A stretch of 36,372 nt of DNA from a virus (IMGVR_UViG_3300048851_000056:1-36372); one strand, 5' to 3'. Positions 9,309 to 19,016 are shown, counted from the first letter of the stretch. Translations and numbers: made by a program. The notes: generated by a model not told the origin, from the letters alone.

Positions 9309-10327
9309 TGGCGCTCGTGCCGGTCGCTGGGCAGGCGCAGCTACTGCTCGAAGCGAACACCGCGGAGAAGTACAAGCTGCTGCGCGAGCGGGTGCACGCG
9401 CGGTCGCAGAAGTGGCTGTTCATCACGGCACCGTATGGCGCGTTCCGGAAGTACTCGGAGCAGGCGTGGCTGCGGGAGCAGTGGGAGAAGGGTGTGCCGG
9501 GGTTCTTTTACGCGGCGGACCCGGACACACCGCAGGCGAACCACCTGAAGGGGTGCGCGTTCGACCTGAACAACTGGGCGTCGGTGGGGCAGGCGGTGAT
9601 CACCGAGGAGGCGAAGCGGCTCGGGTTGGTCCGGGATCCGTCGGAGCCGTGGCACTGGAACAACCCGGAGGGCATCGGACTGGTGCTCGCGGGTGACGTC
9701 GACCTGATCCCGATCGCGGACCGGGACCCGGCGGCGACGAAGCGGCTGCAGGAGCTGCTGTACGAGTACGACTACGACCTGAAAGCGGATGGGGACTACG
9801 GGCCGGCGACGACGGCCGCGGTCCGGGACTTTCAGGCGTGGGCGAAGATCACGGTCGACGGCGACGCCGGCCAGAACACGCTGAAAGCGTTGGAGGACAA
9901 CATGCGATTGACGGACGAGAACCTGAACGCGATCGCGGATCGCATCGTGTCGAGGGCGGACGAGCTCGCGCTCGCGGTGATCCTCGCGAAGTTCGAGGAT
10001 AAGAACGGCGTGCGGAAGGAACTCCGCACGATCATCAACGACGGCGCGGCGGACGCGGCCGCGGCTCGTGCGCAGACGCTGACGCCGGAGGGTTTCGGCG
10101 TCGGGGCGATCACGCGGCAGGTGCAGCTCGCGGTCGACGCGGTGCCCACGAAGACACGCGACGCGGTGTGGGATCAGTCCCTCGACGTCGTGCACCCGGA
10201 CGGGAAGGGCGGGACGAAGGTCGTGCGCACGAAGGCGCGCGACGTCGTCGCGACGGGGCAGCAGTGGCACGACAGCCTGAAGTCGCTCGGTGCTTCGATC
10301 CTGGCGGGCCTCGGTGTCCGGAAGTGA
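9308..10327 (+). CDS. endolysin: M15-type Zn peptidase, peptidoglycan-binding domain and C-terminal domain
   Basis: GTG at 9308 overlaps TAG; ANHLKGCAFD (SxHxxGxAxD-like) and EPWHW; LQELL...DGDYGPATTAAVRDFQ...VDGDAG PG-binding motif. Confidence 0.88.
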   Translation: MALVPVAGQAQLLLEANTAEKYKLLRERVHARSQKWLFITAPYGAFRKYSEQAWLREQWEKGVPGFFYAADPDTPQANHLKGCAFDLNNWASVGQAVITEEAKRLGLVRDPSEPWHWNNPEGIGLVLAGDVDLIPIADRDPAATKRLQELLYEYDYDLKADGDYGPATTAAVRDFQAWAKITVDGDAGQNTLKALEDNMRLTDENLNAIADRIVSRADELALAVILAKFEDKNGVRKELRTIINDGAADAAAARAQTLTPEGFGVGAITRQVQLAVDAVPTKTRDAVWDQSLDVVHPDGKGGTKVVRTKARDVVATGQQWHDSLKSLGASILAGLGVRK

Positions 10328-10334
10328 CCCGCTG

Positions 10335-10814
10335 ATGCCCTATCAGGCGGCGTCGTTCCCGATCGGCGGGCGCGACGCGTACGTCGGGCTGCTCTGGAAG
10401 TACTCGATCATGGCGGTGTATTCCGCCGGCGCGGTCGTGTTCGGTGCGACGACGGTCGGGAAAGCCGTCGACGAGTTCTATGCGCGCATGTTCCCGGCGA
10501 TGCTGTTCCTCTGCTGCTGCGGGGCGCTGATCGGTGTCGTCCGGTCGAGGTGGACCCGGAAGGTCTGGATCGAGTACGCCGGAACGCTGGGCCTGCTCGC
10601 GGGGCTGGTGGGGTACTCGATCGCGATCGTCTATGCCGGCGTCGTGGTCGACGGGGATCTGTCGCGGATCCCGCCGGGGGTCCTCCCGATCGCGCTGTGC
10701 ATATTCCCGTTCCTGCGACTCCGGAACATCATTCAGCACGTTCGACGCGACAAAGCGGCGCAACTCGCGGCCGCTGAAGCAGCGGAGGCGAGATCGACGG
10801 GGGTGGATCAGTGA
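10335..10814 (+). CDS. multi-TM membrane protein (lysis cassette)
   Basis: About four hydrophobic segments, directly after endolysin. Confidence 0.7.
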   Translation: MPYQAASFPIGGRDAYVGLLWKYSIMAVYSAGAVVFGATTVGKAVDEFYARMFPAMLFLCCCGALIGVVRSRWTRKVWIEYAGTLGLLAGLVGYSIAIVYAGVVVDGDLSRIPPGVLPIALCIFPFLRLRNIIQHVRRDKAAQLAAAEAAEARSTGVDQ

Positions 10815-11155
10815 TCGAGTGGCTGATGCAGAATCCGGGCACGGTGGTCACGGTCGGGGGGTCGATCGTGGTCGCGGTGATCGGTGGGGCATTCATGGTG
10901 TGGGCGAAGCATCACACCCCCGCAGTGCCGGTGTCGGTCCCCGATGTGTGGGGCGAGAACCGGAAGCTGCGCGAGGAAGCAGACGAGCGGACCGACAGGA
11001 TCCGGGAGTTCGAGGACGCGTTCGCTGTCGCGTTCCGATGGATGGAACGCGCCATCCGCGACTGGAACACGGGCAAGCCGGTTCCGGAGTTCAGCGATGA
11101 AGAGAAGCAGGTGATCGGCAAGATCCGTCGAGCACCTGACACGAAGAACAACTAA
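10811..11155 (+). CDS. single-TM plus coiled-coil membrane protein (lysis cassette)
   Basis: GTGA overlap; N-terminal TM followed by ENRKLREE coiled coil. Confidence 0.7.
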   Translation: MIEWLMQNPGTVVTVGGSIVVAVIGGAFMVWAKHHTPAVPVSVPDVWGENRKLREEADERTDRIREFEDAFAVAFRWMERAIRDWNTGKPVPEFSDEEKQVIGKIRRAPDTKNN

Positions 11156-11169
11156 CAGGAGGCATCACC

Positions 11170-11445
11170 ATGAAGGCTGCAACGTTCGCGCTGTGGGCAA
11201 GCATCGTCCGCACGATCGTCCCGATCGTCGTCGGCACCGTGGCGGGTTGGCTGACGGCCGGCCGCATCGACCCGGACCCGGAGCTGCTCGGGAACCTCAC
11301 GGCGTGGCTGACCCTCGGGTTCGCCGCGCTGTACTACGTGTTCGTGCGACTGGCGGAGACGTACGTCGCGCCCAAGCTCGGATGGCTGCTCGGACTCGCG
11401 CAGGCGCCGGTGGATTACTCCCCCGACGCGAAGCACAGGGCCTAG
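11170..11445 (+). CDS. holin-like protein
   Basis: RBS AGGAGG; two TM segments; IVRTIVP...YYVFVRLAE...GWLLG pattern. Confidence 0.72.
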   Translation: MKAATFALWASIVRTIVPIVVGTVAGWLTAGRIDPDPELLGNLTAWLTLGFAALYYVFVRLAETYVAPKLGWLLGLAQAPVDYSPDAKHRA

Positions 11446-11496
11446 CAGCGCACCTGCGCATCGCACGACACACACGACGAACTGAAGGGGTGGCTG

Positions 11497-13737
11497 TTGG
11501 TCACGAGAGAAGTGCCCGCGATCGACGCGGAGACAGGTAAGTGGATCGACGACCGCATTCTCGCGAACATGGCGGCGGATCCCCGGTTCCGTGCCGGGGG
11601 TCCGCTGCCGTTCTCGGCGTTCTTCCTCGAAGCGGAGCCGCCACAGGATTTCAGCGGGGCGATGCAGGTCGCGGCCGCTGCAGCGAAGGGCCGGCCGATC
11701 TGGGCGGACGAACGCGAGGGCGGATATCCGATCGGCGTCGAGCTGAAGGACGTCGACGTGCTGATCGACGGTCCCGGCGAGTTCCGCGCGATCAAGGGGA
11801 AGCCGGCGTTCACGGTCGTGCACTCGATCGAGACGACGGGACTCACGTCGGCGCACGCGTTCGGGCTGTTCTCGCAGTACAGCAGCCGGTCGTTCGAGCT
11901 GACGTCGTTCTTCACGTGCCCGCCGGCGGAGATCGCGTCGATCCTCCCTCACGACGTCGTGCACTACGAGTCGCGGGAGTTCTACCGGGCGAAGGACCCG
12001 AGCACCGGCGATGACACGCTCGCGGCGAACTTCCTCTCGGTGGGCGGCCGAACGGATCTGAAGACGCACCACGGCGGGTGGGCGCCGATCCGCGGGTACG
12101 GGCTGATGTTCGGCGGGTCCGTCGACCTCGGCGCCGCGGACCTGGCCGTCGCGATGGCGGCGAAGGACACGCTGAACAACAAGACGGTGACGTCGAGCTC
12201 GGGCGGCGAGGGCATCGTCGCGTCGTCCGGGCAGATGTTCGGCGGCACGAAGGTCATGGTGCTGAAGCGCATCGTCAAGGGCACGTTCCGGGCCGGTGAC
12301 ACGCTGCAGATCGGGAACACGTCGGTGGGCACGATGACGGCCGACGCGGTGCTGATCTCGGACGAGACGCTGATCTCGGATCCGGGTCCGACGCTGCGGC
12401 TGCAGCGGCAGCTCGTGCGCGGTCTGAAGACGAAGATCCGGGCGCGGGTGACGGCGAACACGACGACGGCGACCCCGTCGGTCGATGGGGTGCTGTCCGA
12501 CCCGGGAGCGCGCGCTGCGGCGATCGAGCTGCTCGGCACGCATAACGCGGAGATCCGCGGCGAGATCCGCGCACCGTGGGGTGCCGGCATCCGGAACCGC
12601 GGAACGTACATGACGCACGTCTGGGCGAAGGTCGACAATCAGCCGAACGACGCGTACCCCGGGCAGGAGGTGTTCGGTTACGGTGTCGTCGACTTCGCGT
12701 CGGAGCACACGCACATTCACGAGCTGGACACGCGGCACAGCCGGCACGGTGTGTCGGCGCTCGTCGCGTCGCGGACGCTGCACCCGACGGAAGACACGAG
12801 CCTGACGACGGACCGGGCGAAGATGGAGGCGCTGCTCACCCTCGGGCTGAACAAGTACCTGACCGTCGAGGGGTACGTGATCCGGGACCCGTGGGGGGCC
12901 GGCATCGACACGCATGGCGCCGCGTGGGGCACGTACATCGGACCGGGCAGGGTTCTGTTCTCCGGGTCCGCGGGACGCCGGGAGACGGAGTCTCTGGGCC
13001 TGCAGGACCGCGGCTGGAACACGACTGTCGTCGGGCTGGAAGTCACCGGCGGCGTCGACGGGGTGAAGGTGTTCTCCCACCGGTACCCTGCGCCGGCACC
13101 GTGGGAGAACACGTACCGGAACGTCACCGTGAACGGGCACGCTCGGCACGGGTTCATCGTCACCGAGACGGCGGCCGCGGTGTCCGACGGTATCCCCGCT
13201 GCGGGGCAGACGAACGCGTCGACCTATGGCGGGGTGTACGAGCTCGACAACGTGCGCACCTCGGCGGACCGTCGCATTCACACGATGGCGGTGCAGGGCG
13301 GCCGCGGCGACGTGAACACGGACGAGGGCCTGCTGCACACGCAGGCGGGCATCTGGATCTTCCGCGCGATCGGCGCGAAGGTGAAGATCCGCGGCGGCCG
13401 CGCGGTCGGGTTCAACTACGCGCCGATTCTCGTGCAGTCCGGTTCGCCGGCCGTGGTCGAGGTGAAGGGGTTCGAGCAGGATCTGTCGGCGTCGCCGGCC
13501 GGTGTCGGTCCGATCCGGATCGAGTCGACCCCGGGGCTGCTTGTCCTCGACGACGTGACGGCCGTCGCACCCTACGACCCGGCGGTGACGTTCGCGGGGC
13601 AGCTCCGGCTGAACGCGGCAAGCGCGACGGTCAATCACAACATGCGGTGTGTGAACCGGGCGAACGTTCCGCTGCTGCACCCGTCGAGCACGGGCACGGC
13701 GACGGCGACCCTCGTCCCGATCAATCGGGCCGCATAA
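11497..13737 (+). CDS. tailspike/depolymerase-like receptor-binding protein (beta-helix)
   Basis: 746 aa beta-rich; RHG and DTHG motifs typical of pectin-lyase-fold spikes; RBS GAAGGGG with TTG start. Confidence 0.6.
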   Translation: MVTREVPAIDAETGKWIDDRILANMAADPRFRAGGPLPFSAFFLEAEPPQDFSGAMQVAAAAAKGRPIWADEREGGYPIGVELKDVDVLIDGPGEFRAIKGKPAFTVVHSIETTGLTSAHAFGLFSQYSSRSFELTSFFTCPPAEIASILPHDVVHYESREFYRAKDPSTGDDTLAANFLSVGGRTDLKTHHGGWAPIRGYGLMFGGSVDLGAADLAVAMAAKDTLNNKTVTSSSGGEGIVASSGQMFGGTKVMVLKRIVKGTFRAGDTLQIGNTSVGTMTADAVLISDETLISDPGPTLRLQRQLVRGLKTKIRARVTANTTTATPSVDGVLSDPGARAAAIELLGTHNAEIRGEIRAPWGAGIRNRGTYMTHVWAKVDNQPNDAYPGQEVFGYGVVDFASEHTHIHELDTRHSRHGVSALVASRTLHPTEDTSLTTDRAKMEALLTLGLNKYLTVEGYVIRDPWGAGIDTHGAAWGTYIGPGRVLFSGSAGRRETESLGLQDRGWNTTVVGLEVTGGVDGVKVFSHRYPAPAPWENTYRNVTVNGHARHGFIVTETAAAVSDGIPAAGQTNASTYGGVYELDNVRTSADRRIHTMAVQGGRGDVNTDEGLLHTQAGIWIFRAIGAKVKIRGGRAVGFNYAPILVQSGSPAVVEVKGFEQDLSASPAGVGPIRIESTPGLLVLDDVTAVAPYDPAVTFAGQLRLNAASATVNHNMRCVNRANVPLLHPSSTGTATATLVPINRAA

Positions 13738-13754
13738 CCTGCACGACTCACTCA

Positions 13755-13798
13755 CGGCGGCACCTCCCGAACTTCGGGGGGTGCCGCCGCTATTTCCC
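13755..13798 (+). terminator. intrinsic terminator
   Basis: CGGCGGCACCTCCC/GGGGGGTGCCGCCG stem followed by CTATTT. Confidence 0.7.
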
Positions 13799-13814
13799 GT
13801 GGAAGGGATGACAC

Positions 13815-14399
13815 ATGCCAGATATCGAGACGCTCGACGTGCGCGGCCGCGCGTGGTTCGGGTACGCAGACACACCGGATGCGGGGACCCTCGCGGATCT
13901 CGCGGCGCTGATCGGCACGGTCGAGTTCGTTCCGAACCTGAAGCCGTCGGACGGGCCGCTCGTGCACCTGCCCACGGGCGACATCGTCGTGCCGGTGAAG
14001 GTGATCGCGCCGATCCGCGCGGACGGCCGCATCGTGCCGCCGGCGAACGGGTACGACGGTGCGCCGGCGACGGTGGATCTGCAGACCGAGGATCCGGTCG
14101 TGCGGCTGATCGCACCGAATCAGGAGTTCAACATCACGGACTGGACGTGGACCGCGACGTTCAAGGGCAAGCAGGGCGGGCCTGTCATCCCGCAGATCGT
14201 GCGCCACTTCACCGGCGGACCGGATGCGCAGATCGTGCTCGGGCGGGCGACGGGCCTCACGTCGAGCGGCGGCATGGTCGCGGTGAAGAACTACCCCGTC
14301 ACGACGACAGCAGAACCATGGCCGGTGGGTTACCGGCACGGGACCGACACTCTGTCGACTCCTGACGGAACCATCTACCTCTGGAAGGACGGCGCCTGA
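13815..14399 (+). CDS. minor tail/fibre adaptor protein
   Basis: GTVEFVP...IRADGRI pattern seen at N-termini of actinophage fibre proteins; coupled to next gene by TGATG. Confidence 0.55.
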   Translation: MPDIETLDVRGRAWFGYADTPDAGTLADLAALIGTVEFVPNLKPSDGPLVHLPTGDIVVPVKVIAPIRADGRIVPPANGYDGAPATVDLQTEDPVVRLIAPNQEFNITDWTWTATFKGKQGGPVIPQIVRHFTGGPDAQIVLGRATGLTSSGGMVAVKNYPVTTTAEPWPVGYRHGTDTLSTPDGTIYLWKDGA

Positions 14400-16588
14400 T
14401 GCCATTCGTACCCATCGGAAAGCTCGCGCTGCCCCCGGGCGGCACGACGGGGCAGGTCATGCGGAAGCGGTCGGCAACGGACTTCGACGTCGAGTGGGGG
14501 CCGGCGGGAACGTCGGGCACCCCGGGCGCGGAGTACGTGACCGACGACGAGCTCGCGGACGCGATCGAGGCCGGCACGCAGGGTTTCGTGACCGCCGGCG
14601 CGCTGCAGGTGACGCTGCAGGACTATCTGACGGCGTCCGGGTTCGCGACGTTCCAGACGCAGCTCGGGTTCACCCTCGCGGCCAAAGCGGATCTCGTGGG
14701 CGGGAAGATCCCGACGTCGCAGATCCCGGCGATCGCGACGACCGAGACGGTCCCGGTCGCGTCGCAGGCAGCGATGCTCGCGCTGACAAACGCGCAGGTG
14801 CAAAAGGGCGACGTCGCGATCCGGACGGACACGTCGGCGGCGTTCATGCTGACCGTCGAGGGTGGGCAGGCGACGCTCTCGAACTGGGCGCAGCTCAACA
14901 CTCCGGGCGCGACGGGCATCACACAGATCAACGGGCAGACCGGTCCGGTCGTGAACCTCGGGAAGGGCGACGTCGGTCTCGGGCTGGTCCCGAACGTGGC
15001 ACCGTCGGCGGTGGGCGCTTCGCTGTACGTCGCTGCGGACGCTGCGGCAGCTCGCGCTGCGATCGGCGCGGCCGCTGCGGGCACGAGCGCACCGAGCCTG
15101 CCGGAGCCGGTGACGCCGCTCCCGGTGCTCGCGACTCCGACGCGCACGGTGAACGTGACGAACCGGACGGGCCTGCTCGCGGCGCTCGGTGACCTCCGGT
15201 GGGGTGACCGGATCAGCCTCGCGGCTGGGCAGTATGGCGGCAGCTCGAACATCGTCGTCACCGCACCGTCGATGACGGGCTACTCGGAGGAGAACCCGCC
15301 CCCCGGCGTGCACATCATCGGACCGGCGGCGAAGACGGCCGTGCTGAACCGTGGCGCGACGTCGTCCGGGTATGCGCTGCACCTCGACCGGGCGAACTAC
15401 GTGCAGATCGAGAACCTGACGATCACGGGTGGCGAGAAGGGCGTCATGGCGGACGAGACGAACTTCGCCCGCCTGATCAACTGCGACGTGGGCAACACGG
15501 GACACGAGGGTGTGCACTTCCGGAACAACTCCTCGGACAACCTCGTGCAGGGCTGCACCGTGCATCACTGCGGGTCGACGAACGCGGAGATCGGTGAGGG
15601 CATTTACTTCGGCACGGCTACGTCGAACTGGTCCGCGAGCTACTCGCGCACCGGTGGGCAGCCGGACAAGTCCGACCGGAACACGGCGATCGGGAACACG
15701 ATCTCGAACGTGACGGCCGAGCCGTTCGACGTGAAGGAAGGCACGACCGGCGGTGTCATCCGCGGGAACACCATGGACGGTGGCGCGATCGCGGGAGCGA
15801 ACAACGCTGACAGCTACATGGATATCAAGGGCAACGACTACCTGATCGAGGGGAACACGGGTGTGAACCCGTCGACGTTCGTCGTGCACGGTATCGAGAC
15901 GCATATCAATTACGCCGGGTTCGGAAACCGGAACGTGTTCAAGGGGAACACGCTCGCGGCCGGCGGGAAGACGGGCGCGGTGTCGAACTCGCCCTCGGGT
16001 TCGCAGGGCATCAACATTCTGCTCTCGGGGTCCCGTGGTTCCGCGACCGGGAACGTGGTGTACGACGACAACACGGCGACGGGTATCCCGGGTGGCCTGA
16101 CGAACGTTCCGGTGACCCCGGCGACGTACACGGCACCGCCGGCGACGGCGACGGTCACCGCGGCGAACATCACGGACGCGACGACGGTGGGCCGTAACGT
16201 GCTGAAGGCGGCGGACCAGGCTGCGGCGCGGTCCGCGATCGGGGCGGGCACTTCGAGCCTGGCACTGGGGACGACGGGGACGACGGCGGCTGCGGGTAAC
16301 GACTCGCGACTGTCGGACGCCCGCACCCCCACGGCGCACACGCACCTCGCATCGGACATCTCCGATTCGGGTCTGTCGGGTCGGGAGATCCTGCGCGCAG
16401 CGGACGCGCAGGCAGTCCGCAACCACCTCGCGTTCACGTCGTCCGTGGACGCGATCGTGAACCCGAAGCTGGCGACGAAGGTCGGCAGCGCGGACTCGTC
16501 GATCCTGCAGGCGGTGAAGATCACGCAGGCGGCCTACGACGCGCTGGCGACGAAGGTCGCAACGACGCTCTATGTGATTGTGGGGTAA
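14399..16588 (+). CDS. tail fibre with right-handed beta-helix (polysaccharide lyase-like) domain
   Basis: LPPGGTTGQVMRKRSATDFDVEW, KADLVGGKIP, INGQTGPVV and AAARAAIGA fibre motifs; central EGVHFR/GEGIYFG/DVKEGTTGG beta-helix; C-terminal TQAAYDAL..K..TLYVI. Confidence 0.8.
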   Translation: MPFVPIGKLALPPGGTTGQVMRKRSATDFDVEWGPAGTSGTPGAEYVTDDELADAIEAGTQGFVTAGALQVTLQDYLTASGFATFQTQLGFTLAAKADLVGGKIPTSQIPAIATTETVPVASQAAMLALTNAQVQKGDVAIRTDTSAAFMLTVEGGQATLSNWAQLNTPGATGITQINGQTGPVVNLGKGDVGLGLVPNVAPSAVGASLYVAADAAAARAAIGAAAAGTSAPSLPEPVTPLPVLATPTRTVNVTNRTGLLAALGDLRWGDRISLAAGQYGGSSNIVVTAPSMTGYSEENPPPGVHIIGPAAKTAVLNRGATSSGYALHLDRANYVQIENLTITGGEKGVMADETNFARLINCDVGNTGHEGVHFRNNSSDNLVQGCTVHHCGSTNAEIGEGIYFGTATSNWSASYSRTGGQPDKSDRNTAIGNTISNVTAEPFDVKEGTTGGVIRGNTMDGGAIAGANNADSYMDIKGNDYLIEGNTGVNPSTFVVHGIETHINYAGFGNRNVFKGNTLAAGGKTGAVSNSPSGSQGINILLSGSRGSATGNVVYDDNTATGIPGGLTNVPVTPATYTAPPATATVTAANITDATTVGRNVLKAADQAAARSAIGAGTSSLALGTTGTTAAAGNDSRLSDARTPTAHTHLASDISDSGLSGREILRAADAQAVRNHLAFTSSVDAIVNPKLATKVGSADSSILQAVKITQAAYDALATKVATTLYVIVG

Positions 16589-16591
16589 CCG

Positions 16592-18313
16592 ATGGGGAAT
16601 CAGACATTCGAGGGGCAGGCGGCGGGGACCGCGTTTACCGCGACGACGTCGGGCACCGGGGGGAACACGGCGTACGCGTCGCGGAACCTCGGCACCGGCG
16701 GTGTCATGGTGTACTCGGGCGCCGCCCCTCTGCCAGCGGCCGGCACCATGGGCCTGAAGATGACCCCCGGCGGTGCGACGTCGATCCTGGTACAACGGAA
16801 CGTCGCTAGCCTGACGCAGCACGCCGTCCGATTCTTCATCGGCTGGTCGGTGGGTGCGCAGGCGCACAACTTCTACGGGCTCCGGAACTCGGGCAGCAAA
16901 GTCGTGGGTGTGCAGACCGAGTCGAACGGCCTGTTCATGGTCGACGTCGTCGGCGGTGTGAAGTGGACCTCGACTGTCGCTGCGGCGAGTAACACCCTGT
17001 ACCGGGTGGAGGTCGTCTCCGAAGTGGGGACGACGACCACGAACGGTCGGGTGCGGGTGTGGATCTACCTCGGCAACACGTCGACTCTGGTGGATTCCTA
17101 CGACTCCGGGTATACGTCGAACCTCGGCACGACGGCGTTCGCGTTTGAGCAGGTCGGCAAACTCGGCGCGACCGCGGAGACGACGGATATCTACCTGGAC
17201 GAGCACGCGTGGTCGGACACGAACACGACGACCCCGATCGGGCCGGTAGCGACCGCTAAGCGGCTGTTGCGGCTGGATGGGCTCGTGTCGGCGTTGGCGG
17301 TGGGTGGAGCTGCTGCGGCGCGTGCGTACCTCGGGACCGCGATCGTGTTCGGTGAGGGCAGCAACGGCACCGGCAATGAGGGCGACGGATTCGTGCACCG
17401 TCTCACGGAGCCGACGGAGTTCAACTCGGGTGCCGGGAGGATGCCCGGTCGGGTCGGGATCGATGGGCTGGAGGTCGTGAACGGGAACGTGACGATCGCG
17501 GCCGGTGAGACGGTGTCGGACAAGTGGATCAATGGGTTCGTGGACATGGTTCCGGGAGCTCGTCTGCGGAACTGCTACGTGGCGGGACCGGCGACGCAGA
17601 TCACGTCGGGGACGCGGCCGCTGGTCCGGGTCACTCAGGCGCCGACGGCGGTCGGGGGGACCCGCGCGGAGATGGAGTACGTCACTATCCGTCCGCAGAC
17701 CCCGTCGGCGCGTGTCGATGGTGTCGGGTACCGGAGTTTCCACATGGTGCGGTCGATCGTGCAGGACACCACCGACGGGTGGGGGTTCTTCGCGGACAAC
17801 GGCAGTAACGGTCTCGTGAACGTGCTCGTCGAGGATTCGGCGCTGCTCAGTCTGGTGCAGTTCCGGCCGGACGTGCCGATCAACCGGAGCCACACTCATA
17901 ACGACGGCGCGCAGGGGCAGTACAACTCTGGCGGCGAGAACGATGCGGTGTGGGATGGCTGCTCGATCAATCCGCAGTTCGTCACCTATGCGGGCACGCA
18001 GCCGTTGGAGACGCCGGTGCAGCACCAGGCAGCGTTCATGGTGAGTCCGAACGCGGGCCTGGGTGATCGGGTGTACCTGAAGGTGCAGTACTCGTGGCTT
18101 TACGGCGGCGTGTACACGGTGAACTCGGGTACGGACACCAACGACCTCGGCGGGATCTGGTTGCTGAACAACCGGTTCGAGCGGCCGGGTGCACCGGGTG
18201 TCCCTGCGGGGAACCCTGAGAAGTCGATCGTGATCGACGCGAGTATGCCCCGAACGGTGTCGGGGAACACGTACATGGACACCGGGGACCCGGTGCCTGT
18301 GTCGAACGGGTAG
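16592..18313 (+). CDS. receptor-binding/carbohydrate-binding protein (beta-sandwich plus beta-helix)
   Basis: 573 aa Thr/Gly-rich; lectin-like N-half ending DIYLDE; central ARAYLGTAIVF motif; HNDGAQ beta-helix C-half. Confidence 0.62.
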   Translation: MGNQTFEGQAAGTAFTATTSGTGGNTAYASRNLGTGGVMVYSGAAPLPAAGTMGLKMTPGGATSILVQRNVASLTQHAVRFFIGWSVGAQAHNFYGLRNSGSKVVGVQTESNGLFMVDVVGGVKWTSTVAAASNTLYRVEVVSEVGTTTTNGRVRVWIYLGNTSTLVDSYDSGYTSNLGTTAFAFEQVGKLGATAETTDIYLDEHAWSDTNTTTPIGPVATAKRLLRLDGLVSALAVGGAAAARAYLGTAIVFGEGSNGTGNEGDGFVHRLTEPTEFNSGAGRMPGRVGIDGLEVVNGNVTIAAGETVSDKWINGFVDMVPGARLRNCYVAGPATQITSGTRPLVRVTQAPTAVGGTRAEMEYVTIRPQTPSARVDGVGYRSFHMVRSIVQDTTDGWGFFADNGSNGLVNVLVEDSALLSLVQFRPDVPINRSHTHNDGAQGQYNSGGENDAVWDGCSINPQFVTYAGTQPLETPVQHQAAFMVSPNAGLGDRVYLKVQYSWLYGGVYTVNSGTDTNDLGGIWLLNNRFERPGAPGVPAGNPEKSIVIDASMPRTVSGNTYMDTGDPVPVSNG

Positions 18314-18329
18314 CGGCGAGATCGATTGG

Positions 18330-18373
18330 AACGACCCCCCGCGGGTGCCTTCGGGTGCTCGCGGGGGGTCGTT
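18330..18373. terminator. terminator between convergent late and repressor transcripts
   Basis: 14-bp perfect stem AACGACCCCCCGCG/CGCGGGGGGTCGTT with cTTCGg loop, between convergent genes. Confidence 0.85.
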
Positions 18374-18381
18374 TCGTCGTT

Positions 18382-18633
18382 CTACGGCTCGTCGCGTTCC
18401 TGCACCCGGCGGGACAGCTCGATCGTCCGTTTCGCGGTGAGGGCTAACCACGTGTCGTAATCGATCACGTCCGTGAAGCCTGCCTCCAGCGCGCGTGCGC
18501 GGTGCAGCTCCTCATAGGCTTCGGTCGCGGCTGCTTCGAGGTCCCGGCGTCGTCGCCCGGACTCGGCGGCAGCGGTGGCGGCGTCGTGTGCCTCGTGGAA
18601 CCGGCGTTTCAGTTCCTCGACGCTGTGCGTCAT
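18382..18633 (-). CDS. hypothetical helical protein co-transcribed with repressor
   Basis: MTHSVEELKRRFHEAH... 83 aa, starts 8 nt downstream of repressor stop. Confidence 0.6.
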   Translation of the reverse strand: MTHSVEELKRRFHEAHDAATAAAESGRRRRDLEAAATEAYEELHRARALEAGFTDVIDYDTWLALTAKRTIELSRRVQERDEP

Positions 18634-18641
18634 GGCCGGCG

Positions 18642-19016
18642 CTACGCGAAGTCGAGGGACAGCTCGTCGGCATGCCGATACAGATCGAGGTCTGCGATCG
18701 GCTGGCCGGCGACGGGCCGGTCCTGATGGCGGGGAGGGTAGGAGGCGACGTCGGTGTGCGGGTCGCTGTCCTCTCCGAACAGGTAGGCGACGGTGGTCCG
18801 GAGGGCGGCGGCGACCGCGTGCACCTCGTCGAGGGACCACCCCCGGTCCCCTCGGAGCCGTTTTCCGAGACTCGACTGGTCGAGTCCGATCTGCTTCGCG
18901 AGGGTCGTCTGGGTGAGGCGCTGCTCCCACATGATCTGGTGCACGCGCCGGCCGACGATGCGGTCGTAACTCTCGCGGGTGGGTCGTGACCCCCCGACTG
19001 GGACTTGTGCGTTCAT
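18642..19016 (-). CDS. XRE-family HTH repressor (immunity repressor-like)
   Basis: LTQTTLAKQIGLDQSSLGKRLRGDRGWSLDEVHAVAAAL HTH; divergent orientation; probably leaderless from ATG 19016. Confidence 0.85.
   Translation of the reverse strand: MNAQVPVGGSRPTRESYDRIVGRRVHQIMWEQRLTQTTLAKQIGLDQSSLGKRLRGDRGWSLDEVHAVAAALRTTVAYLFGEDSDPHTDVASYPPRHQDRPVAGQPIADLDLYRHADELSLDFA

Noticed and set aside
11152-18451. 987-aa and 1358-aa antisense ORFs over the fibre genes
   Set aside because: Shadow ORFs of GC-rich sense genes; composition is not protein-like
18642-18700. Repressor C-terminus as ssrA-like tag with internal attP (integration-dependent immunity)
   Set aside because: Ends ELSLDFA rather than an ALAA-like tag; no integrase or tRNA-like att core is seen
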